Below are positions 39,407-49,197 of a DNA stretch of 64,000 nucleotides, piece by piece (the first letter of the stretch is position 1; each line of letters opens with the position of its first letter). The position numbers were made by a program, and so were the translations under genes. Location of the stretch: positions 45,476 to 109,475 of the IMG/VR virus record IMGVR_UViG_3300050821_006672; one strand, written 5' to 3'. The DNA is from a virus. The notes beneath the pieces were generated by a model. That model worked only from the letters and a program-made list of their open reading frames with translations, did no database searches and was not told the DNA's origin.

Positions 39407-39696
39407 ATGTCTGAGTGGCTTTTCGCTTAGGGGGATTGATGCCGGTGGCGAATAGGCGCGTACAAGTCAATCCCCCACTAACTTATGGAGGTGCCAGCCG
39501 TGAAATCGCATCGCACTGGAATGTAAATTGTAGCTTTTGCGACCGGCCTGTTTTGTGAATGATGATGAAAAGGCGCTCCGCCTTTGAGGAGATTGGACTA
39601 GGGAGGCTGTCATGTAGTGAGGATCGCGGCGGTGGGTTGATAAAGCCAGCCTTTAGAATGCCCTTCAGCCCACCCGCCCCCACTGCATGATTTGAT

Positions 39697-40071
39697 ATGA
39701 ACCTCCACAAAGTCGTTTCCGGCACTATCTCTGCGGTCAACCAGAACCGGCGCGCTACGTTGCAGATTTCATCCGGCTATACGACTAATCCCGATGGCTC
39801 TCGCACGCCGCAGTACAGCAATCCAATTATGGTGACAGCGCAGATACAGGCTTTGACGACGCACGACCTTCGGCATCTTGAGGGCTTGAATATTCAAGGC
39901 TCCCAGCGTTCGATCTATCTTAATGGCGCATTGAACGGCGCGCAGCGGCCTAGCGCTCTTGGCGGCGACTTGATTACGATCTACGACGGCACGCTTTGGC
40001 TTACTACGGCCGTTTTGGAACAGTGGGACAGCTGGGTAAAAGTCGCGGCCACGTACCAGAACAATGCGTAA
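39697..40071 (+). CDS. Head-closure / neck protein
   Basis: MNLH..V..ISAVN, QIQAL...LNIQG, GGDLI and VLEQW motifs. Confidence 0.8.
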   Translation: MNLHKVVSGTISAVNQNRRATLQISSGYTTNPDGSRTPQYSNPIMVTAQIQALTTHDLRHLEGLNIQGSQRSIYLNGALNGAQRPSALGGDLITIYDGTLWLTTAVLEQWDSWVKVAATYQNNA

Positions 40072-40179
40072 GAAAACATCAAAGCGACGTTGGAAAAAGC
40101 GGCTGCATCTTGGGCGCCTCATTCCCCGCTTAGTTTTTGATCAGTATCCCGACTTACAATCGCGGTTAGTTGGCGGTGT

Positions 40180-40944
40180 TTGGGACGATACATTTCTGGT
40201 TTGGCGAAGGTGCCTTCCCTTTCCGTAACCCAATCGGCCGCGCAAACGGTCCTGCGTTCGTTTCTAACGACGTTGCTACCGAATGCTGACGTTATTGAAG
40301 CTCAAAATAATCGCGTCCCTGAGCCCGCTAATGTCAACTTTATCGTTATGACGGCCATACGCCGCGACCGCATCGAAACCAACACGGATAGCTATGTCGA
40401 CGTCCTCTTCACCGGTTCAATTGCAAATACTGTGCTCACCGCGAGCAGTTTCAACTTTGGTTCCCTATCAAACGGTAACCCTGTGTTCGGTATCAACGTT
40501 GCTCCCACCACTAGCATCGTCGGTCAGCTATCCGGTCCGGTTGGTGGGCCTGGAACCTACACCGTCACACCAAGTCAAAACGTCGCCTCAGAACTCCTAG
40601 CCTCCGGAACCCAATCGCTCCTTTCGCCCACAGAACTCACTTATCAACTCGATGTGCATTCCAACACTGTCGATACCGCTGCAACAATGGCGCAGATAAT
40701 TACTACGGCTTTTCGTGACTCCTACGCCTTCGATTTCTTTACAGCCCAAAATCCTAACGTTGTCCCGCTCTATGCTGATGAGGCCAAGCAGATAGGGTTT
40801 ATTTCGGGAGAGGACCAATGGGAGACACGCTGGATTATTGAGGCTCATCTACAGGTGAACGCTGCGCTCATCAATCTGCCGCAGCAATTCGCTGGTGCGC
40901 TAAGCGTCGGTTTGGTGGACGTGAACGCTACGTACCCTCCGTAA
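40180..40944 (+). CDS. Tail terminator / neck protein with inserted Gly/Thr-rich module
   Basis: QNNRVPEP, QLDVH, PLYADE and EDQWETRW motifs; start uncertain (40180 or GTG 40210). Confidence 0.78.
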   Translation: MGRYISGLAKVPSLSVTQSAAQTVLRSFLTTLLPNADVIEAQNNRVPEPANVNFIVMTAIRRDRIETNTDSYVDVLFTGSIANTVLTASSFNFGSLSNGNPVFGINVAPTTSIVGQLSGPVGGPGTYTVTPSQNVASELLASGTQSLLSPTELTYQLDVHSNTVDTAATMAQIITTAFRDSYAFDFFTAQNPNVVPLYADEAKQIGFISGEDQWETRWIIEAHLQVNAALINLPQQFAGALSVGLVDVNATYPP

Positions 40945-40959
40945 GCGAGGACCAATACA

Positions 40960-42900
40960 ATGCCTACCATTCCGGCCTCCACACTCGTCGCGATCAATCC
41001 TAGCGTTGTCAGCGCTGGCGGCACGGCGCTCGACCTGTCGGGATTGATCCTTACCCGCAGTACTCGCGTTCCTATAGGTACGGTGGCGTCCTTCCCAATT
41101 GCGGCGGCAGCCTCGGCATATTTTGGCGCCACCGATCCGCTTGCAATTGGGGCTGGGGTGTACTTCTCGGGCTTTGATGGGTCCGATGCTAAGCCCGCAG
41201 CGATGCTCGTCGTTCAGTATCCTGCGTCTGCTGTATCTGCGTATCTGCGGGGCGGTAACATTTCAGGAATGTCTAACGTCTCCTTGCAGGCGTTGAGCGG
41301 ATCACTGAGCATAGTCGTAGACGGATATACTCGGACCAACGCCTCTATCTCGCTGTCCGGCGCCGCCAGCTTCTCGGCTGCGGCTACGATTATTGCGGGT
41401 GCTCTATCGGTCCCGACTATCGTAACGGGCATTACAGGCTCGATCGGCCCAGGCACGGCTTCCTTTACAGCCTCGATCTCGGGCCAGACGATGTACGTAA
41501 CTGCCGTAGCAGCTGGTACGATTGTTGATGGGGGTACGGTAGCCGGTTCTGGGGTTCTGGGTGGCACAATCATTACGGGCCAGCTATCGGGCGTAGCGGG
41601 TGGGGCAGGCACCTATGCGGTAAATCTCACCCAGGTCGCGGCCAGCGCAGCGATGACAGAAGCCTACGGGATATTTACGGCGTCTGTCGTCGGTGCCGGT
41701 GTAATCGCTATCGGGCAGACGGTCAGCGGTACGGGCGTGACCGCCAGTACAGAAATTACCCAGCTAGGAACCGGAACCGGGGGTACTGGCACTTACTATG
41801 TCGCACCATCGCAGACGGTACCCAGCCAAGCGATGACGATGACGGCGACGCCTATCACAGTGACTTACGATTCGGTCAGTGGTGGGTTCCTGTTTACGTC
41901 GGGAACTATGGGGTCAGAGGCTACCATAGCCTTCGCAACGGGCACTCTCGCCGCACCTTTGTTGCTTACCCAGTCTACAGGTGCAGTCCTCTCGCAGGGC
42001 GCGGAGCCGACTACGCCGGCAGCGTTCATGAGTTCGATCGTAAACCTGACCCAGAACTGGGCTACCTTCATGCTTCACTGGGACCCTGATGGCGGAACAG
42101 GCGGTGGAAACGTTCAGAAGCAGGCGTTTGCAGCTTGGAAGAATACTCAGAATAATCGCTTTGGCTTTGTGTGCTGGGATCAGGATTTGTCTCCGACCAC
42201 AACTGTTCCTGCAACGACCTCGCTAGGGAATATCTTACAGAATAACTCCGACTCGGGAACATGCCTAATCAATACCACAGACGTGCTCAAAGCATTCTTT
42301 GTCTGCGGTGCGGCGGCTAGCATCAATTTCCAAGGGTTGAATGGCCGTATTACGTTCGCCTTCAAGTGGCAAGCGGGATTGACTGCCGACGTAACCGACC
42401 CAACCGTTGCATCGAACTTGATTGCGAATGGTTACAACTACGGTGGCGCTTACGCGACTGCGGCTACGAACTTCACCTTCTTCTACAACGGACAGGTTAC
42501 AGGACCGTTCAAATGGTTTGATGCCTTCGTCAACCAGATTTGGCTTAGCAACGGAATGCAGCTTGCCTTGGTTAATCTGCTGACTCAGGTCAAGTCCGTG
42601 CCTTACAATTCCACAGGCAATGCGCAGATTGAGGCGGCTCTGTTGAGCATCATCAACCAGGCCCTTAACTTTGCTATGTTCGCGCCGGGCGTAGCTCTGT
42701 CGTCCTCGCAGATTGCGGCAGTTAATGCCCAAGCGGGAACTAACATTGCTACGACGCTACAGAACCGGGGCTGGTACTTGCAAATCCTGCCGGCCACTGC
42801 CCAGGTACGAGCGGCGCGCGGTACACCTCCGATGTCGTTTTGGTATTCGGATGCTGGATCGGTTCAAAAGATTAGCTTGTCTTCTATTGCGGTGCAGTAA
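40960..42900 (+). CDS. Contractile tail sheath protein (DUF3383 family)
   Basis: TIPASTLVAINPSV, TQNWATF, FAFKWQAGL, GWYLQI and WYSDAGSVQKI motifs. Confidence 0.9.
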   Translation: MPTIPASTLVAINPSVVSAGGTALDLSGLILTRSTRVPIGTVASFPIAAAASAYFGATDPLAIGAGVYFSGFDGSDAKPAAMLVVQYPASAVSAYLRGGNISGMSNVSLQALSGSLSIVVDGYTRTNASISLSGAASFSAAATIIAGALSVPTIVTGITGSIGPGTASFTASISGQTMYVTAVAAGTIVDGGTVAGSGVLGGTIITGQLSGVAGGAGTYAVNLTQVAASAAMTEAYGIFTASVVGAGVIAIGQTVSGTGVTASTEITQLGTGTGGTGTYYVAPSQTVPSQAMTMTATPITVTYDSVSGGFLFTSGTMGSEATIAFATGTLAAPLLLTQSTGAVLSQGAEPTTPAAFMSSIVNLTQNWATFMLHWDPDGGTGGGNVQKQAFAAWKNTQNNRFGFVCWDQDLSPTTTVPATTSLGNILQNNSDSGTCLINTTDVLKAFFVCGAAASINFQGLNGRITFAFKWQAGLTADVTDPTVASNLIANGYNYGGAYATAATNFTFFYNGQVTGPFKWFDAFVNQIWLSNGMQLALVNLLTQVKSVPYNSTGNAQIEAALLSIINQALNFAMFAPGVALSSSQIAAVNAQAGTNIATTLQNRGWYLQILPATAQVRAARGTPPMSFWYSDAGSVQKISLSSIAVQ

Positions 42901-42941
42901 GGATAACGTATGGTAATTTTGAAATACAGGGGGGAGGGGAG

Positions 42942-43406
42942 ATGGAAAACAAGGTATTGGGTAATGCTAAGCAAGCCGGTAAGGATTATTTTTGCGATAG
43001 TCCAAATTCTAGCTACGCAACGGCCGAACGCGCCGCTCGCAAGAGATACACAGTTCTCATTGAGCGAGAACTTTTTGTGGAGGGCTGGAATCAGGCGTTT
43101 TGGGATGAGCAGGAGCGCGTACTGAAGGAGAGTACAAATATGCAAGGTCGATGGGGCGGTAGAGCTTCTAATAAATCGGGCGGGAGGGACGGCGGTCCTG
43201 GAAGCGGTCCTCGCGAAAAGACTGCTGCGGACCCTGTGCCAAAACTCGACGTTCTAGAAAACAAATACATGAATGCCCTCTCAAATTACAGGCTGCTTAA
43301 AGTAAAAGCCGAATACGACCGTTCCGTTGCGCCAAAACTAATTAAGGCCGAACAGCAGATGAACGCCGCTAAATCTGCATTTGAGGCAGAAAAGACAAAA
43401 CGGTAG
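42942..43406 (+). CDS. Hypothetical protein (inserted gene)
   Basis: GGAG RBS; follows a CGTATGGTAA motif. Confidence 0.5.
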   Translation: MENKVLGNAKQAGKDYFCDSPNSSYATAERAARKRYTVLIERELFVEGWNQAFWDEQERVLKESTNMQGRWGGRASNKSGGRDGGPGSGPREKTAADPVPKLDVLENKYMNALSNYRLLKVKAEYDRSVAPKLIKAEQQMNAAKSAFEAEKTKR

Positions 43407-43585
43407 TCTGTTGGCACGCAAGGAAAACGACTGCTCTCCTGAAACCGACGAGCTAATCAAAGAGTTCTGTCGAGAGAACGACGTTGGGAAAATGGCGGGA
43501 TGTCCTAAGTGCGGTATGACAGGAAAAGATTTGACGCTGTGCTTCCTTTGCTTGCATGAATATTGTCCGATAAGGGAGTGGAGAA

Positions 43586-43906
43586 ATGCTAAAGGTTCCT
43601 GACAAGCAATGGCGTAATTGGGGCGAGCGTATTCTTGCTGGCGAGCACTTGGAAGAGGAAATGCAGAACGCAGGCGTTCTCCCAAACGCCAATACGCCGC
43701 TCCCGCCGACGAATGCGACAATTCATATTCTTGGGGGTGAAAGCGGATATGGTACTCCCGAACGGGAGTTTCTCACGATTTGTGGAGTTACTTGGAAAGC
43801 GCGAGAAGATACCGGCGAACACAAGCACGTTATGCAAAGCGAGCCCCATTGGTTTAAGCACGTCAACTGTGCTAGCTGCCGTCGCTTATACGGCTTGGAG
43901 CTATGA
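43586..43906 (+). CDS. Hypothetical protein
   Basis: GGAG RBS; H...CG...CASC. Confidence 0.5.
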   Translation: MLKVPDKQWRNWGERILAGEHLEEEMQNAGVLPNANTPLPPTNATIHILGGESGYGTPEREFLTICGVTWKAREDTGEHKHVMQSEPHWFKHVNCASCRRLYGLEL

Positions 43907-44824
43907 TTGAATGGGCCTCATCTCGTTTTATCGCGAGGCAAGCATAACGTTGTCAAGTACAACGACCAATACTACGTCGTCCCGCAGCGTTATGGCACGT
44001 TGCACCTCGACGTAGTTCAAGACCGCTGCCGCCCAAACATAATCTGCGTCGGTACTCTCAACGAAGCCTTAGCACATCTAGGAGATAAAGTGACAATACC
44101 TGTTATTTTTGTAGTAGGTGCCGACAAAGGCGGAACGGGAAAGACCACGCTATGCCGCGTCCTTCTCGATTGGTTGGACGAGCATCTTCCTCCAGGCAGC
44201 ATCCTTCGCACGTTTGATACGCAGCTTCCTCTAGGCAACCTCAAGCGCTTCCGATCCGGCGTCGATGTTGTAAATATCAACGATGTTGAGGATCAAATGA
44301 AGGTCTTCGATAATGTCGAGGACGCGCAGGCGACCGTTGTAGACGTTTGCGCCGGCAATCTGTTCTCTATCTTGGAAACCTTAGACAAGGCTGGACTGCT
44401 AAAGGACATCGCTTCGGGCGCAGTACGAATGGTCGTTATGCATGTGGTTGGTCCTAACATCGCCTCGATGGAAGAGATTGGCGAGGTAATGGCTAGGATT
44501 GGTGGCGGCGCGGTTCGCCCTGTCCTAATCAAAAACCACTACACCAAGACTAAGTTCAAGGTTGCTGAAGACCCGCGCTATGCTGAGGCCCTACGCCTCG
44601 CCGCTCCCGGAACGATCAACGTCCCGCAGCTTGCATCCGAGGCGATGGAAGAGATCGAGATGCAGGGCGTTGGGTTCGCGCAGTTCATTAAGGGGCTCGA
44701 TGTAAACAATCAGCCCTTGCCGAAGCGCAATTCGCGTATGCTGGTAGGTTACACAGCCCAGTGGCTACAGAGTGTGTGGGGTGAGTTCGATCGTGTCAAC
44801 ATTGCAAATGTCTTCTCAAGTTAG
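43907..44824 (+). CDS. ParA/MinD-like P-loop NTPase with N-terminal accessory domain
   Basis: Deviant Walker A GADKGGTGKT; FDT and VVDV motifs. Confidence 0.75.
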   Translation: MNGPHLVLSRGKHNVVKYNDQYYVVPQRYGTLHLDVVQDRCRPNIICVGTLNEALAHLGDKVTIPVIFVVGADKGGTGKTTLCRVLLDWLDEHLPPGSILRTFDTQLPLGNLKRFRSGVDVVNINDVEDQMKVFDNVEDAQATVVDVCAGNLFSILETLDKAGLLKDIASGAVRMVVMHVVGPNIASMEEIGEVMARIGGGAVRPVLIKNHYTKTKFKVAEDPRYAEALRLAAPGTINVPQLASEAMEEIEMQGVGFAQFIKGLDVNNQPLPKRNSRMLVGYTAQWLQSVWGEFDRVNIANVFSS

Positions 44825-44932
44825 AAATGGCCGGTGACGGGGTCGCGAGGCCGCGGCAGGAGCCAGATCGATATGCAGTGCTGCATAATAACGCCACCCG
44901 CTGCATGTTGAAGACGAAAAGGACTAAGTACA

Positions 44933-45364
44933 ATGGCTAGTATCACAGACGCAAACGCGCAAATCCTGATATCGATCCCCTCCCTGTTCCCTGTCCCACA
45001 GAACCTTCAAGGGTTTGCGGTGGAGGACATATTCGACGTCGATCCTATCGAGCCCGTCGAGACGCTGATGGGAGTGGATGGCATCCTTTCGGCAGGGTTC
45101 GTGTTCGTACCTATCAACCAGACCTTTGCTTTACAGGCCGACTCGCCCTCGATCGTGATCTTCGATACGTGGTGGACGGCAATGCAGATCGTCAAGGATG
45201 TGTACTTTGCGTCGGCTACCATCCTCCTGCCCGGTCTCAGCAAGAAGTGGGCGATGAATCAGGGAGTGCTGACAAACTATAAGCCAATGCCTGATGCTAA
45301 GAAGGTATTACAACCTCAACGCTTTCGGATTACATGGCAGTCCGCCCTCCCCGCGGTCGCATAA
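44933..45364 (+). CDS. Tail tube protein
   Basis: SITDANA, LQGFAVEDIF, MGVDGILSAG, LQADSPS and PDAKKVLQP motifs. Confidence 0.85.
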   Translation: MASITDANAQILISIPSLFPVPQNLQGFAVEDIFDVDPIEPVETLMGVDGILSAGFVFVPINQTFALQADSPSIVIFDTWWTAMQIVKDVYFASATILLPGLSKKWAMNQGVLTNYKPMPDAKKVLQPQRFRITWQSALPAVA

Positions 45365-45520
45365 GGTCCAAATACCAGCCCTCACGAAAAAAGGATACGT
45401 TGTCCCCCGAGAAGCGCCAGCAGGTTGACCGCGCTCGACATTGGCTGCTTAGGGCTTGGGAAGAAGGCGACGAGAACTTGATAGCAAGCGCGACAATCCT
45501 ACTACAGAAACTGATACGAG

Positions 45521-45988
45521 GTGACGGTGCGTAAAACAACGTTCGTTCAAATCTCACAAGAAGAAGGCAATCGTGACTCAGGAAAGATATTCTTCATCAA
45601 GGAAATGCCAGCGCTACAAGCCGAGAAATGGGCGCTAAGGCTTATATTGGCATTGTCACGAGCGAACGTGGATATTCCCGATGACGTTGCTAACGCAGGT
45701 ATGGCGGGTGTCGCTACCTTGGGTTTGAAGATGCTGGGGCAGATGTCCTTTCCGGATGCGGAAAGTCTCCTAGACGAGATGATGTCATGCGTGCGCCATA
45801 TTCCCGATCCTAGCCGAGTTGAGGTTACTGTTCCGCTTATTATGCAGGGAGGTGACGGAGATACGATTGAGGAGATTACGACACTTACCAAGCTCCGATT
45901 GGAGGTGCTGCAATTGCACGCTGGTTTTTTTACCAGCGCACTCCAGTCGAATTTTGGGAAGCCGAGTTCGACGCCCCCCGTGGTCTAA
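45521..45988 (+). CDS. Tail assembly chaperone
   Basis: RDSGKIFFIKEMPALQAEKWA...IEEITTL..LRLEVL.LH; lies between tube and tape measure. Confidence 0.82.
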   Translation: MTVRKTTFVQISQEEGNRDSGKIFFIKEMPALQAEKWALRLILALSRANVDIPDDVANAGMAGVATLGLKMLGQMSFPDAESLLDEMMSCVRHIPDPSRVEVTVPLIMQGGDGDTIEEITTLTKLRLEVLQLHAGFFTSALQSNFGKPSSTPPVV

Positions 45989-46164
45989 AATCCTATATAA
46001 ACGTGCCCCGCAGTATTGCAGCAGTGGTTTCATCTGGAAAAGCGACATTGCACGAATGCTCGACGATCTACAGCGTCGAAGACGTATACGACCTGCTGGA
46101 GATTATTCTAGTGGATGCCCATAACAAATACGTATGCGAAAAGCAGGCGAGGACCAGACTATGA
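45931..46164 (+). CDS. -1 frameshift extension of the tail chaperone (G/GT type)
   Basis: The -1 frame after the slippery T TTT TTT (45925-31) is open: YQRT...NVPRSIAAVVSSGKATLHECSTIYSVEDVYDLLEII...; its stop overlaps the tape measure ATG. Confidence 0.75.
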   Translation, partial: YQRTPVEFWEAEFDAPRGLKSYINVPRSIAAVVSSGKATLHECSTIYSVEDVYDLLEIILVDAHNKYVCEKQARTRL

Positions 46165-47648
46165 CTCTCGACCAGCTCGTCATCGAACTGATTTTGGACC
46201 CAAAGAAGCTAACGCGTGGGCAGCAGCAGGCTATTGCGTCCTTCAAACAAACCCAAGAACAGTCAAAGAAGATCGCCGAGTCGATCGAGGAAGCCGGCAA
46301 GCGCATCATCGATGTCCTCTACAAGATACGTAGTCAATTCATTTCATTTACTGCAGCGGCTTTAGAGGCGTCGGGCGTTGAGCAATTCTTTTCGAACATC
46401 GTTAAGTCCAACGCCGATCTTGGCCGTCTAGCTCGCTCACTGGGCCTTACAGTCGAGGAAATGTCTCAGTGGCGGATAGCCATTAAGCTTTCGGGTGGGG
46501 CCGCTGAGGATGCGGATCAGGCCATTGGGAGCCTCGTAGATCAAATTCAATTGATGAGGATTGATCCAACCCAGGCTACCCACCTGTTGACGTTCCTACG
46601 CGCTCTATCGGGGGCCTCGGGGGTTTCCTTTGCGAAGGAATTGCAGGATGTACAAGAAGGCAAGGTCAACGCTCTTACAAACCTGATTCTTAAGATCGCT
46701 CAAGCCGGGGGAGGTCGTAACGTCGCACAGATGACGACGTTCTTCCGACAGATGGGATTTCCCCCTGGATTTATACAAGCCCTTACTCAGGGTGAAGGTG
46801 CGCTTCGACGATATCTTGACCAAGCAGCGAGGTTGCGTCCACAGACAGAGAGCGACATCAGGATATCGCGCGAGTTCGAAGCATCATGGGATCGCATATC
46901 GACTGCCATGATCCGCTTTGGCGAGGTGCTCGTTATTCAGGTAGCTCCTAAGCTCGCTTCATTCTTTGACTGGCTGTTGGATAAAGTCCACATTGTAGGT
47001 GGGGTAATCGTTGGTAGCGGTCTCGGCGCTTTGATTGGCTCGGTTGTTCCTGGTGTGGGAACTGTAGCGGGCGGCGTTATTGGCGGTCTGATGGGAGGGG
47101 CAGTTGGTGCGTTGCCGGCAATGCGCGGCGGCGGTCTAAACCAGGATTTCCTGCGACGCCTCGACGAAGCTCGTAAGGCGATGCCTTCGGGTATGTCTTT
47201 TTCGATAGGTAGTGGCTTTCGTACTTACGAGGAACAATCGCGTCTCTATGCTAATCGCGGTTCTAACCCCTATCCCGTGGCTCGCCCCGGAACCTCTGCG
47301 CATGAGAGCGGATTGGCTGCCGATCTCAAGTTTAGTTCGCCCGCCGCAGAAGCCTGGTTCCGCTCCCATATGGGACAGTTTGGTATCGGGGCTCCGGTCG
47401 CCAATGACCCCGTTCATTTTGAGCTGGCCAAGAAATACGCAGCTATGGCGGGGGCCGCTTCCTCGATGTCGGCAGCAACCGGACGTACGACAAACAATAA
47501 CGCGTCGTCTGAGGTCAATATTGGCTCTGTCAACTTTAATGGCACTAACATTAGAGATGCGCGAGGCGCCGCTCAGGAGTTTGGCCCATTCTTGACTGCA
47601 CAGCAGCGTCGTGCGTTGGGGATAGCCGCAAATGGCGGATCAAATTAA
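46161..47648 (+). CDS. Tape measure protein with C-terminal M15-family peptidoglycan peptidase
   Basis: LDQLVIELILD N-terminus and helical body; SGFRTYEEQ...ARPGTSAHESGLAAD...DPVHFEL. Confidence 0.85.
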   Translation: MTLDQLVIELILDPKKLTRGQQQAIASFKQTQEQSKKIAESIEEAGKRIIDVLYKIRSQFISFTAAALEASGVEQFFSNIVKSNADLGRLARSLGLTVEEMSQWRIAIKLSGGAAEDADQAIGSLVDQIQLMRIDPTQATHLLTFLRALSGASGVSFAKELQDVQEGKVNALTNLILKIAQAGGGRNVAQMTTFFRQMGFPPGFIQALTQGEGALRRYLDQAARLRPQTESDIRISREFEASWDRISTAMIRFGEVLVIQVAPKLASFFDWLLDKVHIVGGVIVGSGLGALIGSVVPGVGTVAGGVIGGLMGGAVGALPAMRGGGLNQDFLRRLDEARKAMPSGMSFSIGSGFRTYEEQSRLYANRGSNPYPVARPGTSAHESGLAADLKFSSPAAEAWFRSHMGQFGIGAPVANDPVHFELAKKYAAMAGAASSMSAATGRTTNNNASSEVNIGSVNFNGTNIRDARGAAQEFGPFLTAQQRRALGIAANGGSN

Positions 47649-47657
47649 TGGTGGAGT

Positions 47658-47888
47658 GTGACTTTATCTAACACCGACCGTGCAAGGCTGCTTGCTGAGA
47701 CAGTTTTGAAGGTAGACGCAGAACTGCGAGAAGAGGAGCGTAAGACAATGGACTTCGCACTCGAACTCGAAGAGCTTGTCAAGGACTACCTAACCTGGAA
47801 CTCGACGGTTCCGGTTGAAGAGCGCCGCGCTGAGATCATCAAGACATTAGAACAACAGATTGAGTCGCTGAAAAATGGCGTTCCCTAA
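47658..47888 (+). CDS. Hypothetical protein
   Basis: GGAG RBS; helical. Confidence 0.5.
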   Translation: MTLSNTDRARLLAETVLKVDAELREEERKTMDFALELEELVKDYLTWNSTVPVEERRAEIIKTLEQQIESLKNGVP

Positions 47889-48609
47889 CGTCCCGTTCGT
47901 TCCTGGCGTGCCTGCGGTCCCGCGTCCGCCTGGGTTTGTGCAGAGTTCGCTGTCGTTGCTCGTCAACGATACGATCCAATCATTCCTTACCAACATCTAC
48001 GCGCTTCAGTGGGGCATTTGGAAAGACGGTAATCCCATCATCATTCCCAACAGTATCATCTCCCTGGATTTCAAAAAGGACTATACGATTTCGTCTTATC
48101 CGGTAGAAGGTGGATTCAATACGGGCGGAACGACTGCCGCTGGCTTCCAAAGCTACGATAAGGTACAGACGCCTTTCGAAGCGCGGGTGCGGATGTCCTT
48201 CAGCAGTGGCATCTCGCTTGGCCCATTTTTGCCCAGCATCTCTGGCATTCCCGGAACTGGCGCTGCGGGACGCGCTGCCTTCTTGAATACGCTCGAGGCG
48301 ATTGCAGGTGACCTTAACCTTTATGATGTAGTCACGCCTGAGAAGACTTACGAAAGCGCCAATATCCATCACTACGATTATCAACGTACTGCTGTCAATG
48401 GGGCTGGTATGATCGTTGTGGATGTTTGGCTTACGCAGGTCGTGCAGGTATCGACTACAGTGTTTTCCAATACACAAAACCCAGGCAGCGCAGATCCGAT
48501 TTCTGGTGGCCAGGTAGAGGCCAAGCCTCCAGGTTCGAACTTGCCCACGCCCCCATTGTTGGGTGCGATAGCAAATTCCCCCACACTTGCACGTAACAAC
48601 ATTTTTTGA
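47875..48609 (+). CDS. Baseplate tube-initiator (Dit-like) protein
   Basis: QWGI, ISSYPVEGG, SYDKVQTPF and YDVVTPEKTY motifs. Confidence 0.8.
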   Translation: MAFPNVPFVPGVPAVPRPPGFVQSSLSLLVNDTIQSFLTNIYALQWGIWKDGNPIIIPNSIISLDFKKDYTISSYPVEGGFNTGGTTAAGFQSYDKVQTPFEARVRMSFSSGISLGPFLPSISGIPGTGAAGRAAFLNTLEAIAGDLNLYDVVTPEKTYESANIHHYDYQRTAVNGAGMIVVDVWLTQVVQVSTTVFSNTQNPGSADPISGGQVEAKPPGSNLPTPPLLGAIANSPTLARNNIF

Positions 48610-48619
48610 GGGAGGTAGG

Positions 48620-49195
48620 ATGCATCTAATCCTTATTGTGGCAGTTCTCTTCTTGTCCTCCAGCGCAGCCGAAGCAAAGCGGCATCACCAACATCATCAT
48701 TTGCACAAGCAATCCCAGAAGCCCAAACCGCGAAGACACGTACCTGTAATTAAACACGCACAGCACGATGTGGACGAGCTTCACGATTCGCCTGAGCCCC
48801 AACCCTTGATTGAGACTGCGCGGCAATTCCTTGGAGGCAATCCTACGGGTTGGGCTCATCAGTGGTGTGGTGCGTTTTTGCGGCTTATTGTGAGGTCTGT
48901 GGGGTTGCCAGATTTGCCCGATGGGAATGCCGCAATTGCCTGGGCACGTTACGGGCGCGCAAGCGAGCCAAAGCCCGGGGCTATATTGGTTTACCCGCAC
49001 CATGTGGCCTTGATTACAAAAGTTCTTGATATGAAGAAGGTTGTCGCAATTAGTGGTAATGACTGGGATGCAAACCATCGTCCGAGGGTTCTAGAGCGTG
49101 CGCGGTCTCTTGCGGGCGCTGTGGCTGTTCGGGAGGTAATAGTAGCAGTGTTGCGTCGATTTGAGTTAGCTCCAGCTTTCACATTCCGTGCATAA
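48620..49195 (+). CDS. Secreted CHAP/NlpC-P60-like peptidase
   Basis: Signal peptide, His-rich linker, WCGAF...HVA...ISGN; GGAGG RBS. Confidence 0.75.
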   Translation: MHLILIVAVLFLSSSAAEAKRHHQHHHLHKQSQKPKPRRHVPVIKHAQHDVDELHDSPEPQPLIETARQFLGGNPTGWAHQWCGAFLRLIVRSVGLPDLPDGNAAIAWARYGRASEPKPGAILVYPHHVALITKVLDMKKVVAISGNDWDANHRPRVLERARSLAGAVAVREVIVAVLRRFELAPAFTFRA

Positions 49196-49197
49196 AA

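Noticed and set aside
43907-44824. Plasmid-prophage partition system
   Set aside because: No ParB or parS-like repeats nearby; the gene lies in the tail operon and carries a domain shared with a glycosyltransferase.
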